This document shows positions 1 through 11,143 of a stretch of DNA of 64,000 nt, one piece after another. Below the pieces are notes generated by a model. That model was given only the letters and a program-made list of their open reading frames with translations, was not told the DNA's origin and ran no database searches. How positions within the stretch are numbered: position 1 is the first letter of the stretch; each line of letters opens with the position of its first letter. The DNA comes from an uncultured Alphaproteobacteria bacterium (lineage in GTDB: Bacteria; Pseudomonadota; Alphaproteobacteria; Rhizobiales; Xanthobacteraceae): assembly GCA_963711595.1 (NCBI GenBank), contig CAVQER010000007.1, positions 195,992-259,991 on the forward strand, given 5' to 3'. Made by a program: the position numbers and the translations under genes.

Positions 1-219
1 GCGCGGCTTGCGATCGGCGCGCCACCACAGTCGGACAAGCCCGAAACGTCCGCGCGGGCTCGCACCGTCTCCTTCGCGTTTGTTCGCCCGGATGCCGCTG
101 CGGCCCAGTGCCACTGGAACGGAGAAACCCCGGAATAGAAGGACTCCGCGCGCAGGATTGGCCGGAGCCTGCGCCACGCGCAGGAGAGAGCCGCGTTTCG
201 CGTAACCTTTTGGCTTCAT
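1..219 (-). CDS. L,D-transpeptidase-family (YkuD/COG3786-like) protein, N-terminal fragment; gene continues past the left edge
   Basis: Own translation of the minus strand from ATG at 219-217: MKPKGYAKRGSLLRVAQAPANPARGVLLFRGFSVPVALGRSGIRANKREGDGASPRGRFGLVRLWWRADRKPR, open to position 1. The ALGRSGI..KREGDGA.P.G.F pattern recalls the N-terminus of this family. Absent from the ORF track because it has no stop inside the window. Confidence 0.4.
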   Translation of the reverse strand, partial: MKPKGYAKRGSLLRVAQAPANPARGVLLFRGFSVPVALGRSGIRANKREGDGASPRGRFGLVRLWWRADRKPR

Positions 220-356
220 GTTTCGTATAGGGAATGCTGGCCGCACTTGCTTCACCTTGTTCCCTGGTCTAGTCCGCGCGTTCTGACGTTGCTGCTTATT
301 CGGTGCTGTCTAGCTCGGCTGGTGTTGTACACTCGACGAAGCGCTTAGAGGAATCG

Positions 357-1043
357 ATGGCGAACGCTCGAAAAATCTTGGTGGTGGACGACGATCCGGA
401 GCTCCGCGATGCACTCGTGGAGCAGCTCGCACTACACGAGGAGTTCGAGACCAACGCAGTCGAGTCCGCGCAGGCTGCGTTGCAGGAGGCCAAGGCCGGG
501 CACGTTGACCTTGTCCTGATGGATGTGGGCCTCCCGGACATGGACGGTCGCGACGCCGTGCGTGTCCTGCGCAAGAACGGCTTCAAGGCGCCGGTGATCA
601 TGCTGACAGGCGCCGATACGGATTCAGACACAATCCTTGGACTCGAAGCGGGCGCCAACGATTACGTGCCGAAGCCATTTCGCTTCGCCGTTCTGCTCGC
701 ACGGATTCGTGCGCAGCTGCGCAGCCACGAGGCGAGCGAGGATGCAATCTTCCCGATCGGGCCCTACAGCTTCCGTCCCGGCGCGAAACTGCTCGTCAAT
801 GAGCGCGGTTCGAAGATCCGGCTCACCGACAAGGAGACGGCGATCCTCCGTTACCTTTACCGAGCCGGACAGCGGCCGGTATCGCGCGAGGTGTTGCTGC
901 AGGAAGTGTGGGGCTACAATTCCGGCGTGACCACACACACGCTCGAGACGCACATCTACCGGTTGCGCCAGAAGATCGAAAAGGATCCGGCGAACGCGAC
1001 GCTCCTCGTCACTGAAGCCGGCGGTTACAAGCTCGTGCCGTAG
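357..1043 (+). CDS. OmpR/PhoB-family two-component response regulator (possibly CenR-like)
   Basis: ORF 303..1043; internal ATG at 357 preceded by GAGGAA. Receiver domain (KILVVDDD, DLVLMDVGLPDMDG, KP) plus C-terminal winged helix (LTDKETAILRYL, THIYRLRQKI, GGYKL). Confidence 0.85.
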   Translation: MANARKILVVDDDPELRDALVEQLALHEEFETNAVESAQAALQEAKAGHVDLVLMDVGLPDMDGRDAVRVLRKNGFKAPVIMLTGADTDSDTILGLEAGANDYVPKPFRFAVLLARIRAQLRSHEASEDAIFPIGPYSFRPGAKLLVNERGSKIRLTDKETAILRYLYRAGQRPVSREVLLQEVWGYNSGVTTHTLETHIYRLRQKIEKDPANATLLVTEAGGYKLVP

Positions 1044-1046
1044 AAG

Positions 1047-1526
1047 ATGGCGCTCGAAGACGACATCACTTTTCTCAGTCGCATTCCGACGTTTGGCGTT
1101 CTCGGCCGCGAGCCGCTGCGCATTCTCGCGATCAGCGCTGAACAGATCCATGTTCGCAGCGGCCAAGTGCTATTCGAGGAAGGCGAGCCCGCGGACGGCG
1201 GTTATGTCGTGGTCTACGGCGGGGTCGAGATGAAAGGCACCCGTGATCATTCCACCGGCAGCGCCGGGATTGTGGCACGCGTCGGCACGCTGGTCGGCAA
1301 ATCCGCGCTGATCGTCGACACGTTGCGGCCGGCAACCGGGACAGCGGTCGAACCGACGGGCCTCATGCGAATTCCGCGCAGCGTCTTTCTACGAATGCTC
1401 GAAGGCGAGCCGGGTGCGGCGGTCGCGCTTCGCAAGTTGATGTCGCGGCAACTCAAGTCGACGCTTTCCGACCTCGACATGGTTGCGCCGCTGTTCGAGG
1501 AAGAGGGCGAGCCGGAGTCGGATTAG
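1047..1526 (+). CDS. Stand-alone cyclic-nucleotide-binding (cNMP) domain protein
   Basis: 159 aa. The pattern FL..IP.F..L....L..LA......V..G..LFEEGEPADGGYVV..G is typical of Crp-type cNMP-binding beta-rolls. No HTH is visible. The ATG lies 3 nt after the regulator's stop. Confidence 0.6.
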   Translation: MALEDDITFLSRIPTFGVLGREPLRILAISAEQIHVRSGQVLFEEGEPADGGYVVVYGGVEMKGTRDHSTGSAGIVARVGTLVGKSALIVDTLRPATGTAVEPTGLMRIPRSVFLRMLEGEPGAAVALRKLMSRQLKSTLSDLDMVAPLFEEEGEPESD

Positions 1527-2341
1527 AGATCGAACGCCGCAACGACTGGCACGTGGTCCGATGGCCGGGTCCAGTTGCGCGTTTCCCGCGCGATCGCGAT
1601 GGCCTTCGCGGTGCCTTGGAGCGCCGGACTTGCCCATACGTGATCGAGCCGCCGCCCGCGGTCGGCATTGACCCAATCCGCGGCGCGATAACTCCACCAA
1701 GTGTACAGCTTCGCAGGTTCGGGGATAAATCCGCGCATCACATCGATCCACCGGCCGGCCTGCTGGACACAGTTCAGCTTTTCTACCTCGATCGGGGTGT
1801 GGCTCACCACGCTCAGCAATCGCCGATGACTCCAGACGTCGTGCTCGAGTGGCGCGACATTCAGATCGCCGACGAGCAAGGCGCGTTCGCCGCCTCCGGC
1901 AGTGCGCGAGGCGCTACAACACGCGAGTTCGTCCAGGAAGGCGAGCTTGTGCGCAAACTTTTCGTTGATTTCGGGATCCGGCTGGTCGCCGCCGGCGGGC
2001 ACGTAAAAATTATGGACCGTCAACGGCTGCGCAAAATTCGCCTTGCCGTCGAACGAAACGGCAATGTGACGGGCGTCGTTCTTGCCGCAAAAGCTGTCGC
2101 GAGACACGTCACTGAAGGGACGCTTCGAGACGACCGCGACGCCGTGATAGCCCTTCTGCCCGTGCATTGCGATGTGGTTGTAGCCGAATCGCTCGAACTC
2201 GCTTCGCGGAAAGCGGTCGTCCGGGCACTTCGTCTCCTGCAGACAGAGCACGTCAGGCGCATAACGCGAAAGAAATTGCTCAACCTGGCGGATGCGCAGG
2301 CGAACGGAATTGATGTTCCAGGTGGCGACGGTGAATTGCAT
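1523..2341 (-). CDS. xthA: Exodeoxyribonuclease III
   Basis: 272 aa. TWNINSVR, LCLQETK and C-terminal SDHVPV motifs of the ExoIII/APE family. Confidence 0.9.
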   Translation of the reverse strand: MQFTVATWNINSVRLRIRQVEQFLSRYAPDVLCLQETKCPDDRFPRSEFERFGYNHIAMHGQKGYHGVAVVSKRPFSDVSRDSFCGKNDARHIAVSFDGKANFAQPLTVHNFYVPAGGDQPDPEINEKFAHKLAFLDELACCSASRTAGGGERALLVGDLNVAPLEHDVWSHRRLLSVVSHTPIEVEKLNCVQQAGRWIDVMRGFIPEPAKLYTWWSYRAADWVNADRGRRLDHVWASPALQGTAKAIAIARETRNWTRPSDHVPVVAAFDL

Positions 2342-2366
2342 CGTGCAGAAAGTCAGGTGCGCCTGC

Positions 2367-3191
2367 TCACTGGAGCATGCGCTGATACTCGATCCGGAAC
2401 ATCTGCGGGTCCGGCTTCTGCGACGGGTCCAGATTGTAAACGGCGACCGTCGTGTCGTAGCCCTGCGGATCGGTGACAGTCCACTGCTTCAGCTGCGTGT
2501 CCTTCGCGCCGAACATGATCATCAGCCGGTGCGTGCCGACCACCGGTTGATTTTCCTCGATCACAACGGTGACGAAGATATCGTCCTGGTAGACGCCGAT
2601 GACGTTGGAGTCCTTGAACAGGTCGAGCTTCTCGCTGAGCAGGAAGCGCAGCGGCGTCTGCGATAGAGGGTAGAGGTCCTGGGTTGCGAGCTTGCGGTCG
2701 CGCACCGCGACCGACTTGCCGTCGGAGATCAACTCGACGGGACTTGGAGGATCGTAGTCGAAGCGGACCTTGCCCGGCTTCTGCATGTAGAAGTCACCCT
2801 CGGAGCGGCGGCCGTCCGGGCCGACCTGGACGAAATTTCCGACCAGCGTGTGGATCGCGTTGAAGTACGAATTGACCCGCTCGACGGTCGCCTTCTGCGC
2901 GCTGTCGAATACAGGTGTCTTGCTGGGCTTCAGCGGAGTCGGCGCGGCTGCGGTTCTTGCAAGTCCGCCCGGAGCGGCGGCAGCTGCAGGAATTGTCGCC
3001 GTCGTGCCCGTCTTGGAGGGAGAACCTTCCTTCGGCAGTGGCGGAAGCGGCGGCATCGGAACCACTGCAGGCAAGCGCTGACCCGCCGATGCGGCCGGCT
3101 GCGCGGAAAGCCCGGTCGCTGCGAACACGACGGCAATGCTGGCCAGCGCGGCGCACGTCGCCACCATGGCTCGTGCGATAGTCGGACGCAT
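2367..3191 (-). CDS. LolA-like outer-membrane lipoprotein carrier family protein
   Basis: ORF 2367..3275. ATG at 3191 preceded by GGAGGA and followed by a signal peptide (MRPTIARAMVATCAALASIAVVFA). Pro/Ala-rich linker, then a LolA-like beta domain (GKVRFDYDPPSPVELISDGKSV). Confidence 0.6.
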   Translation of the reverse strand: MRPTIARAMVATCAALASIAVVFAATGLSAQPAASAGQRLPAVVPMPPLPPLPKEGSPSKTGTTATIPAAAAAPGGLARTAAAPTPLKPSKTPVFDSAQKATVERVNSYFNAIHTLVGNFVQVGPDGRRSEGDFYMQKPGKVRFDYDPPSPVELISDGKSVAVRDRKLATQDLYPLSQTPLRFLLSEKLDLFKDSNVIGVYQDDIFVTVVIEENQPVVGTHRLMIMFGAKDTQLKQWTVTDPQGYDTTVAVYNLDPSQKPDPQMFRIEYQRMLQ

Positions 3192-3271
3192 GTTTCCTCC
3201 AGGGAAATCTGCGGGTTTCGCCCGCCCGCTAGACATCGGCTGTGGCGATTTGGCGGCGTGAACTAGGTTCG

Positions 3272-5689
3272 TCAATAGGCGTCTTCCCGGCCCTCAACCA
3301 GGATTTCGCGTTTTCCCGCGTGATTTGCGGGTCCAACGATCCCCTCCTTCTCCATGCGCTCGATGATCGAAGCGGCCCGATTGTAGCCGATCTGCAGCCG
3401 GCGCTGGACGTAACTCGTGGAGGCTTTGCGGTCGCGGAGCACGATAGCTACCGCTTTTTGGTAGAGATCGCCGCCTTCTTCGCCAAATGCGCCCTTGTCG
3501 AACACCGCGCCCCCAGCCTCGTCCTCTTCGGGTTCCGCGGTCACGGCTTCGAGATATTCCGGCGTACCCTGCTCCTTCAGATGCGCAACAACGCGTTCGA
3601 CTTCACGGTCCGAGACGAATGGACCGTGCACGCGCGCGATCCGGCCGCCGCCAGCCATGTAAAGCATGTCGCCCTGACCGAGCAGCTGCTCCGCGCCCTG
3701 CTCGCCGAGGATCGTACGGCTGTCGATCTTCGACGTGACCTGGAAGGAGACGCGAGTCGGGAAGTTTGCCTTGATGGTACCGGTAATGACGTCGACTGAA
3801 GGCCGCTGCGTTGCCATGACCAAGTGAATGCCGGCCGCGCGCGCCATCTGCGCGAGGCGTTGGATCGCGCCTTCGATGTCCTTGCCGGCGACCATCATCA
3901 GGTCGGCCATCTCGTCGACGACGACGACGATGAAGGGAAGCGGCTCGAGATCCATCTCCTCCTTCTCGTAGATCGCTTCGCCCGTCTCCTTGTCGAAGCC
4001 GGTCTGCACTGTACGCACGATCGTCTCGCCCTTCTCCCGCGCCTCGGCGAGTCGCGCGTTGAAGCCGTCGATGTTGCGAACGCCGACCTTCGACATTTTC
4101 TTGTAGCGCTCTTCCATCTCGCGCACCGCCCACTTGAGCGCGATGATCGCTTTGCGCGGGTCAGTGACAACCGGGGTAAGAAGATGCGGAATGCCGTCGT
4201 AGACTGAGAGCTCGAGCATCTTCGGATCGATCAGAATCAGGCGGCACTCTTCCGGCTTATAATGATAGAGGAGCGACAAAATCATCGTGTTGATCGCGAC
4301 CGATTTGCCCGATCCGGTGGTTCCGGCGATCAACAGGTGCGGCATGCGCGCGAGGTCGACGATCACCGGCTCGCCGCCAATCGTCTTGCCGAGCGAGAGC
4401 GGCAGCCAATGCTCCGATCGCGCGAAGGTGCTGTGTGAGAGCAGCTCGCGCAGTACGACCTTTTCGCGGCGCGGGTTCGGCAGCTCAATGCCGATCGCGT
4501 TGCGGCCCGGCACAACCGCGACACGGGCGGAGACGGCGCTCATCGAGCGCGCGATGTCGTCCGCCAATCCGATCACGCGAGAAGATTTGATGCCCGGTGC
4601 CGGCTCCAATTCATACAGCGTGACGACTGGACCCGGACGCATGTTGACGATTTCGCCCTGGACTCCGAAATCTTTGAGCACGCTTTCAAGCTGACGTGCG
4701 TTTTCTTCCAGCGCACTTTGGGACAATGCCGGCGCACGCTCGCGCGGTGCCGCGGCGAGCAACTCGAGCGAGGGAAATTCATAGCGGCCGCGACGCGTGC
4801 GCGACGCGGCCTTGCGCCTTGGAGCAGCGCGCTCGCGCGGCGCCCGGGGTTCGTCCAAGTCGTCGATCTCGTCCGCCTCCTCCTCGAAGATTCCTTCGGA
4901 GTGATGCCCCCCGGCAAGCATCGGCTCGCGGCGCGGTGCGGCCGGAATCGCTTCATGATCGCGGCCGAACATTTCGCGCAAAATCGCAAACAGCGATGCA
5001 CGCGGTCCGGCGCGGCGGCCGGAAAAGCGGGCCTTCAGCGCCAGGAACCCGTGCGCGAGCGCGCCGATGGCGGTTGCAATTCGGCCGGGTCGATCTGGAT
5101 CCACCTCCTGCTCCAGTTTCGCGGGCACGCCCAAGCCGCAAGCCGCAGCCAATGAAAGCGCTGCGAATCCTCCATAGAACAGGCCGACGAACAGCTTGAT
5201 TTCACTCATGAATGCGTCACCAACGACGAAAGCAGGAAGACGCATGAGAGCGTCGCCGAGCACACCGCCGAGGCCGGCCGGCAGCGGCCAACTCGGGCTC
5301 GTCGGCAGGGCGGCGACGAAGCCGGCGCACAGCACCACCCCAAGGATCCAGCCGGCGAGACGAAATTTCAGACGCGATGCCGGACGATGGGTCACGATCT
5401 GCCAGCCCCAGACTGCCGCCGGCAAGACGACGGCGAGAGCCGCGAGACCCACGGATTGCATCAGGAAATCGGCGGCAATCGCACCGGGCCGACCGAGCCA
5501 GTTCTTCACGGCCGCGTCGGTCGCGTGATTGAAGCTCGGATCCTGTACCGACCACGTCGCCAACGCGACGGCGGTCGCCGCGGAGACCGAGATGATGGCG
5601 AGCCCACCGATCTCGGCGAGACGCCGTCCGAACACCGCAAGGATGTCCTCGGGCAGAAGATGGAACGTGCGGGTCGAGCTCATGCGCAT
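3272..5689 (-). CDS. ftsK: DNA translocase FtsK
   Basis: About 805 aa. N-terminal TM segments, linker, Walker A (AGTTGSGKS), and a C-terminal gamma winged helix ([25 protein letters not shown]). Start ambiguous: TTG 5704, ATG 5689 or ATG 5683. Confidence 0.93.
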   Translation of the reverse strand: MRMSSTRTFHLLPEDILAVFGRRLAEIGGLAIISVSAATAVALATWSVQDPSFNHATDAAVKNWLGRPGAIAADFLMQSVGLAALAVVLPAAVWGWQIVTHRPASRLKFRLAGWILGVVLCAGFVAALPTSPSWPLPAGLGGVLGDALMRLPAFVVGDAFMSEIKLFVGLFYGGFAALSLAAACGLGVPAKLEQEVDPDRPGRIATAIGALAHGFLALKARFSGRRAGPRASLFAILREMFGRDHEAIPAAPRREPMLAGGHHSEGIFEEEADEIDDLDEPRAPRERAAPRRKAASRTRRGRYEFPSLELLAAAPRERAPALSQSALEENARQLESVLKDFGVQGEIVNMRPGPVVTLYELEPAPGIKSSRVIGLADDIARSMSAVSARVAVVPGRNAIGIELPNPRREKVVLRELLSHSTFARSEHWLPLSLGKTIGGEPVIVDLARMPHLLIAGTTGSGKSVAINTMILSLLYHYKPEECRLILIDPKMLELSVYDGIPHLLTPVVTDPRKAIIALKWAVREMEERYKKMSKVGVRNIDGFNARLAEAREKGETIVRTVQTGFDKETGEAIYEKEEMDLEPLPFIVVVVDEMADLMMVAGKDIEGAIQRLAQMARAAGIHLVMATQRPSVDVITGTIKANFPTRVSFQVTSKIDSRTILGEQGAEQLLGQGDMLYMAGGGRIARVHGPFVSDREVERVVAHLKEQGTPEYLEAVTAEPEEDEAGGAVFDKGAFGEEGGDLYQKAVAIVLRDRKASTSYVQRRLQIGYNRAASIIERMEKEGIVGPANHAGKREILVEGREDAY

Positions 5690-5717
5690 GGCGGTCGCTT
5701 TCAAAATTTTCCGTCGA

Positions 5718-6962
5718 TCAACCGTAGAATTCGGCGAGCCGATGGAGTGCGGTTTCGGTGGTCTTCAAGTCATCAACGAGCGCTGCCCGCACATAGCCGG
5801 CGCCGGGGTTTGCGCGGTCATGCAATTCATAGGCAAGATAACTTCCCGGCACGACGCGCAGTCCTGCATCGCGCCAGAGTTCAAGCGCAGCCGTTTCGTC
5901 GTCCTCGAATTTAGTGACGTCGAGCCAAAGAAAGAATCCGCCCTCGGGACGGCGATGCCGATAGCGATCACCAAGGATCCGGTCGGCGAGATCGAACTTC
6001 GTGCGATAAAGGCGGCGATTTTCCTCGACATGCGCCTCGTCGTCATAGGCCGCGACGGCAACCATCTGGACTGGCTGCGGCACTTGCGGGGCTGCGACGT
6101 TGCGCAGATCCATGTAAGCCGCGAGAAAATGCGGATCTCCGGCCGCGAAGCCGCAGCGCAAGCCCGGAAGACTCGAACGCTTCGACAATGAATTGAACGC
6201 GAGTACGCCAGCGAAGCTATCGCCGGCGACTTCAAGGACGCCGGCGGGCGGCGCATCCTTCAGCCAGATTTCCGAATAGCATTCGTCGGAGAACACAAAT
6301 GTGCCGGCCGCGCGGGCTCGTTCGACAAGGCGGCGGAGCGCATCGCGCGACAGCACGGCACCCTGCGGATTGGCCGGCGAGCAAAGATAGATCGCAACGG
6401 TGCGCGCAAGAAGTTCGTCGGAGACTGCTTCGTAGTCCGGCAAAAAACCCGTTTCGCGCGTCGCAGGGAGTGCTACAGGTTCGCAACCTGCGGCTTGGGC
6501 GCCGGCGAAATACGCCATATAGAACGGATTGGGGAGCAGGATCGCCGGCTTGCCCTTGCGAGGTGCCGCTACACGGCGCGCGGCAATGGCCGCGAGAAAA
6601 AGGCCTTCCCGACTCCCATTCAGAACGATCACTTCGCTCGACGCATCGACCGCGCGTGAAAGACGGTAGCGGCGGTCCAGCCAGAGCGCGACCGCTTCGC
6701 GGAATGGGTCAATGCCGCGCGTCATCGGATAGCGGCCAAACCCGGCCAGATTGTCCGCGAGAACTTGTCCGACGAAGCCCGGCATCGGATGGCGCGGTTC
6801 GCCGACCGACAAGTTTATGGGGGGCTTTCCCGGGTCGACGCCCGTGAGCAATTCCGTCAGTCGAACGAATCCGGAGCGGCCGGCAGCGCTCGCCTTGGTT
6901 TTCCGCTGTTTCGCGCGGTCGCCCCTGACCATGACTCGACCCGTACCCACGCACACCCGCAC
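5718..6962 (-). CDS. Class I/II PLP-dependent aminotransferase (DapC/AspC-like)
   Basis: 414-aa [11 protein letters not shown] near the N-terminus and the PLP-lysine motif [15 protein letters not shown]. Start uncertain (alternative ATG at 6932). Confidence 0.75.
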   Translation of the reverse strand: MRVCVGTGRVMVRGDRAKQRKTKASAAGRSGFVRLTELLTGVDPGKPPINLSVGEPRHPMPGFVGQVLADNLAGFGRYPMTRGIDPFREAVALWLDRRYRLSRAVDASSEVIVLNGSREGLFLAAIAARRVAAPRKGKPAILLPNPFYMAYFAGAQAAGCEPVALPATRETGFLPDYEAVSDELLARTVAIYLCSPANPQGAVLSRDALRRLVERARAAGTFVFSDECYSEIWLKDAPPAGVLEVAGDSFAGVLAFNSLSKRSSLPGLRCGFAAGDPHFLAAYMDLRNVAAPQVPQPVQMVAVAAYDDEAHVEENRRLYRTKFDLADRILGDRYRHRRPEGGFFLWLDVTKFEDDETAALELWRDAGLRVVPGSYLAYELHDRANPGAGYVRAALVDDLKTTETALHRLAEFYG

Positions 6963-7010
6963 ACGCCGACGACCTTAGAAAGCGGGGGTTAAGGGGCGAT
7001 TAACCAATGG

Positions 7011-7045
7011 CGGAAAGCGAAAGGCCCCGGCACGAGCCGGGGCCT
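7011..7045 (-). terminator. Rho-independent terminator downstream of amtB (copy 1)
   Basis: 9-bp GC stem (AGGCCCCGG / CCGGGGCCT, 7022-7030 and 7037-7045) with a 6-nt loop. On the minus strand it is followed by TTTCGCTTTCC. Lies about 30 nt after the amtB stop. Confidence 0.7.
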
Positions 7046-7072
7046 CCGATGGTTGTTCTGAGCCTTGCGCGA

Positions 7073-8515
7073 TCAGCTGTATGCGCGCTCGCCGTGATCG
7101 TTGAGGTCGAGACCCTCGCGCTCCACCTCCGGCTTGGCACGCAGCCCGATCAGAATGTCGACGATCTTGAACAGGATCGCGGACACAATGCCGGACCAGA
7201 GCAGCGTCACGACCACGGCTGTGATTTGCGCGGTCATCTGCGTGGAGAGGGAGTACTCGCCGACCTTCGCGATCGTGTAGTCGAACACGCCGGTGCCGCC
7301 GAGTTCCGGGTTCACCAGGATGCCTGTAGCGAGCGCGCCCACGATGCCGCCGATGCAGTGGACGCCGAAAACGTCCAGCGCGTCGTCGTAGCCGAGCGCA
7401 TTCTTCACGGTCGTGCAGAAGAAGAAGCAGACCACGCCGGCGATGAGGCCGAGCACGATCGCGCCCATGGGTCCAGCGAACCCCGACGCGGGCGTCACAG
7501 CAACCAGGCCCGCGACGACGCCGGAGACGGCGCCGAGGAGACTTGGCTTACCTTTGATCAGCCATTCGGCGAACATCCATGAGAGACCCGCGGCCGCTGT
7601 TGCGACGAACGTGTTGACGAAGGCGACTACCGCGGAGCCGACTGCTTCAAGGTTCGAGCCGGCATTGAAGCCGAACCAGCCGAACCACAGAAGCATGGCG
7701 CCGATGTAGGTCATCGTCAGCGAGTGCGGCTGCATCAACTCCTTGCCGTAGCCGAGACGCTTGCCGACCAGCAGCGCGCCAACGAGTCCGGCGATACCGG
7801 AATTGATGTGCACGACTGTGCCGCCGGCGAAGTCGATCGCACCCGCCTTGAACAGGTAACCAGCATCAGCGAGAGCTTCGTCGAGTTTTGCTTGTGCGGC
7901 CGCTTTGCCTGCCGTGTCGGCTGCTGCGAGCGCTTTTGCCGCCGCGTCGATTGCGTCCGGACCGGCCCAGTACCAGACCATGTGTGCGATCGGGAAATAG
8001 ACGAATGTCAGCCACAGCGGGATGAACAGCGCGATGGCCGCGAATTTCGTGCGTTCTACAAGCGAGCCGAGCAAGAGCGCGGCGGTGATGCCGGCGAATG
8101 TCGCCTGGAACATGACGAACACGAGCTCGGGAATGGCGACGCCGACCGAGAAGGTAGCGCCGGGCGAATCCGGCGCGATGCCGGACAGGAACATCTTCGA
8201 GAATCCGCCGATGAAGTCCGATCCGCCGGTGAAGGTGATGCTGTAGCCGTAGATCACCCAAATCAGGATCGTGACAGCGACGGCGTAGAACACCTGCATC
8301 AGGGTCGAGAGCATGTTCTTCGAGCGGACGAGACCGCCATAGAACAATGCAAGGCCTGGGACCGTCATTACCAGGACGAGGACGGTCGCGACCATCATCC
8401 AGGTGGTGTCGGCTTTGTCGATCGCCGGTCCGTCTTGTGCCAACACCGGGAGCGCGGCGATTGTTGCCGCGAAGAGCGTGGGTAGTCCCGCGCGAAGCCA
8501 AGTCTTGTTCGTCAT
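7073..8515 (-). CDS. amtB: Ammonium transporter (copy 1, carries a loop insertion)
   Basis: ORF 7073..8662. ATG at 8515 gives a signal peptide (MTNKTWLRAGLPTLFAATIAALPVLAQ). DFAGGTVVHI and the other Amt/MEP motifs are present. Sits directly downstream of glnK. Confidence 0.92.
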   Translation of the reverse strand: MTNKTWLRAGLPTLFAATIAALPVLAQDGPAIDKADTTWMMVATVLVLVMTVPGLALFYGGLVRSKNMLSTLMQVFYAVAVTILIWVIYGYSITFTGGSDFIGGFSKMFLSGIAPDSPGATFSVGVAIPELVFVMFQATFAGITAALLLGSLVERTKFAAIALFIPLWLTFVYFPIAHMVWYWAGPDAIDAAAKALAAADTAGKAAAQAKLDEALADAGYLFKAGAIDFAGGTVVHINSGIAGLVGALLVGKRLGYGKELMQPHSLTMTYIGAMLLWFGWFGFNAGSNLEAVGSAVVAFVNTFVATAAAGLSWMFAEWLIKGKPSLLGAVSGVVAGLVAVTPASGFAGPMGAIVLGLIAGVVCFFFCTTVKNALGYDDALDVFGVHCIGGIVGALATGILVNPELGGTGVFDYTIAKVGEYSLSTQMTAQITAVVVTLLWSGIVSAILFKIVDILIGLRAKPEVEREGLDLNDHGERAYS

Positions 8516-8555
8516 GGAAGAACACTCCGTCGCAAAGCTGAGGTCGTTTGAGGAA

Positions 8556-9071
<516 letters not shown>

Positions 9072-9219
9072 TCAGCTTTTCCTGTGTGCGCAGACCGGTC
9101 GCAACAGCGCCCCTGCAGCGCAGCACAAAGAAGCGCCAAATCTGCCTAATCGATGGGCATGACCAATCGGCCAGCGGAAAACTGATTCCGCCTTGGGCTT
9201 ATTGATCGGATGCGTCGGC

Positions 9220-9257
9220 GGAAAAGAAAAAACGCGCACGCGATTGGCGTGCGCGTT
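9220..9257 (-). terminator. Rho-independent terminator downstream of amtB (copy 2)
   Basis: Perfect 11-bp stem (AACGCGCACGC / GCGTGCGCGTT, 9231-9241 and 9247-9257) with a 5-nt loop. Followed on the minus strand by TTTTTTCTTTTCC. Lies 23 nt after the amtB stop. Confidence 0.85.
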
Positions 9258-9279
9258 CCTTGTTGAATTTGGCTGACGC

Positions 9280-10605
9280 TTACTGCAGCGCTTCGCCGTG
9301 TTGGGTCACGTCGAGCCCCATGCGCTCCGCATCGGGGCTCACACGCAAACCGACCAGCAGATCCACTACCTTGAGTACGATCCAGGTCGCGACCGCGCAC
9401 CAGACGATGGTGACGACCACGCCAATCAGCTGCGTTTGCAGCTGCTCCAAGTTGCCTTCGAGCAGTCCGGGCGAACCGGCCGGGTTCGCTTGCGTCGCGG
9501 AGAGTGCGCCGACCGCGAAGACGCCGGTGAGGATCGTGCCAAGCGTGCCGCCGACCCCGTGGATGCCGAAAACGTCGAGCGAGTCATCGTAGTTCAGCCG
9601 CTGCTTGAGCCACGTGCAGGCCCAGAAGCAGACCAGGCCCGCCGCCCCGCCGATGACGAGCGCGTGCCAGGGAAGCACGAAGCCGGACGCCGGCGTGATA
9701 GTGCCGAGACCCGCGATCGCGCCCGAGAGGATGCCAAGGACCGACGGCTTGCCGCGCGTCCACCATTCCGCGACCATCCATGCGATCGCGCCCATAGACG
9801 CACCGAAGTGCGTGACGACGATTGCCATCGTGCCGCGTCCTCCGGACGCAAGTGCGGAGCCGCCGTTGAATCCGAACCAGCCGACCCACAGCAGGCCCGT
9901 GCCGATGACGGCGAGCGAGAGGTCGTACGGCGACATGTTCTCCGAGCCGTAGCCGCGCCGCGCTCCGATCACCAGACACGCCACGAGACCGGCGACGCCA
10001 GCGTTGATGTGGACAACGGTGCCGCCGGCGAAATCGAGCAGGCCCCATGCGCCGAGGAAACCGCCGCCCCATACCCAGTGCGCGACCGGGACGTACACGA
10101 CGAAAAGCCAGAGGATCGAGAACAACACCCACGCCGAGAACTTCATGCGGTCGGCAACCGAGCCTGCGACGAGCGCGACCGTGATAATCGCGAACGTCAT
10201 CTGGAACGCCATGAACAGACTCTCGGGAATGTTCGTCGCGAGATCGTTCACCGACGTCATGCCCATGCCGACCAACAGGAAGCGATCGAGCGAACCGATC
10301 CAAGGACCGCCGCCGACGAAGGCAAGGCTGTAGGCGGCCAGCATCCACAACACTGAAACGACCATGACTGCGGCCACGCACTGCGCCATCACGGCAAGCA
10401 CGTGCTTTTTGCGAACCATCCCGGCGTAGAGGAGTGCGAGACCCGGCAACGTCATCAGGAGGACGAGCGCGGTCGCGGTCGTGATCCAAGCGGTATCGGC
10501 GGCGTCGATTGTCGACTGCTGCGCGAATGCAGGTGCCGACGAGATCGCGATCGCGGCACCAGCAAGCCAGCTGAACGCGCGGCGCGAATTCAGATTCGTT
10601 TTCAT
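9280..10605 (-). CDS. amtB: Ammonium transporter (copy 2)
   Basis: ORF 9280..10752. ATG at 10605 gives a signal peptide (MKTNLNSRRAFSWLAGAAIAISSAPAFAQ). HWVWGGGFLGAWGLLDFAGGTVVHI core. Sits downstream of the second glnK. Confidence 0.92.
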   Translation of the reverse strand: MKTNLNSRRAFSWLAGAAIAISSAPAFAQQSTIDAADTAWITTATALVLLMTLPGLALLYAGMVRKKHVLAVMAQCVAAVMVVSVLWMLAAYSLAFVGGGPWIGSLDRFLLVGMGMTSVNDLATNIPESLFMAFQMTFAIITVALVAGSVADRMKFSAWVLFSILWLFVVYVPVAHWVWGGGFLGAWGLLDFAGGTVVHINAGVAGLVACLVIGARRGYGSENMSPYDLSLAVIGTGLLWVGWFGFNGGSALASGGRGTMAIVVTHFGASMGAIAWMVAEWWTRGKPSVLGILSGAIAGLGTITPASGFVLPWHALVIGGAAGLVCFWACTWLKQRLNYDDSLDVFGIHGVGGTLGTILTGVFAVGALSATQANPAGSPGLLEGNLEQLQTQLIGVVVTIVWCAVATWIVLKVVDLLVGLRVSPDAERMGLDVTQHGEALQ

Positions 10606-10633
10606 TGTTGCCCCCTGTGAATTGCGCGCGCGG

Positions 10634-11080
<447 letters not shown>

Positions 11081-11143
11081 CTAAAATGCCCCGCTACTGG
11101 GCATGCAGCACAAACAATGGGCAATTGCTGAGGTTTTAAGCCC

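Noticed and set aside
8-205. 65-aa plus-strand ORF at the left edge
   Set aside because: Its translation is Arg/Pro-rich and implausible. The opposite strand carries a much more protein-like open frame starting at 219 and running off the window (the L,D-transpeptidase-family N-terminus).
9118-9137. Reading the shared glnK-upstream element itself as a sigma-54 promoter (TGGCGC-TTCTT-TGTGCT in unit 1, TGCCCA-TTGTT-TGTGCT in unit 2)
   Set aside because: The GG-to-GC spacing is one nucleotide too long (N11 instead of N10), and unit 2 lacks the GG dinucleotide. It is kept only as an unexplained conserved motif.
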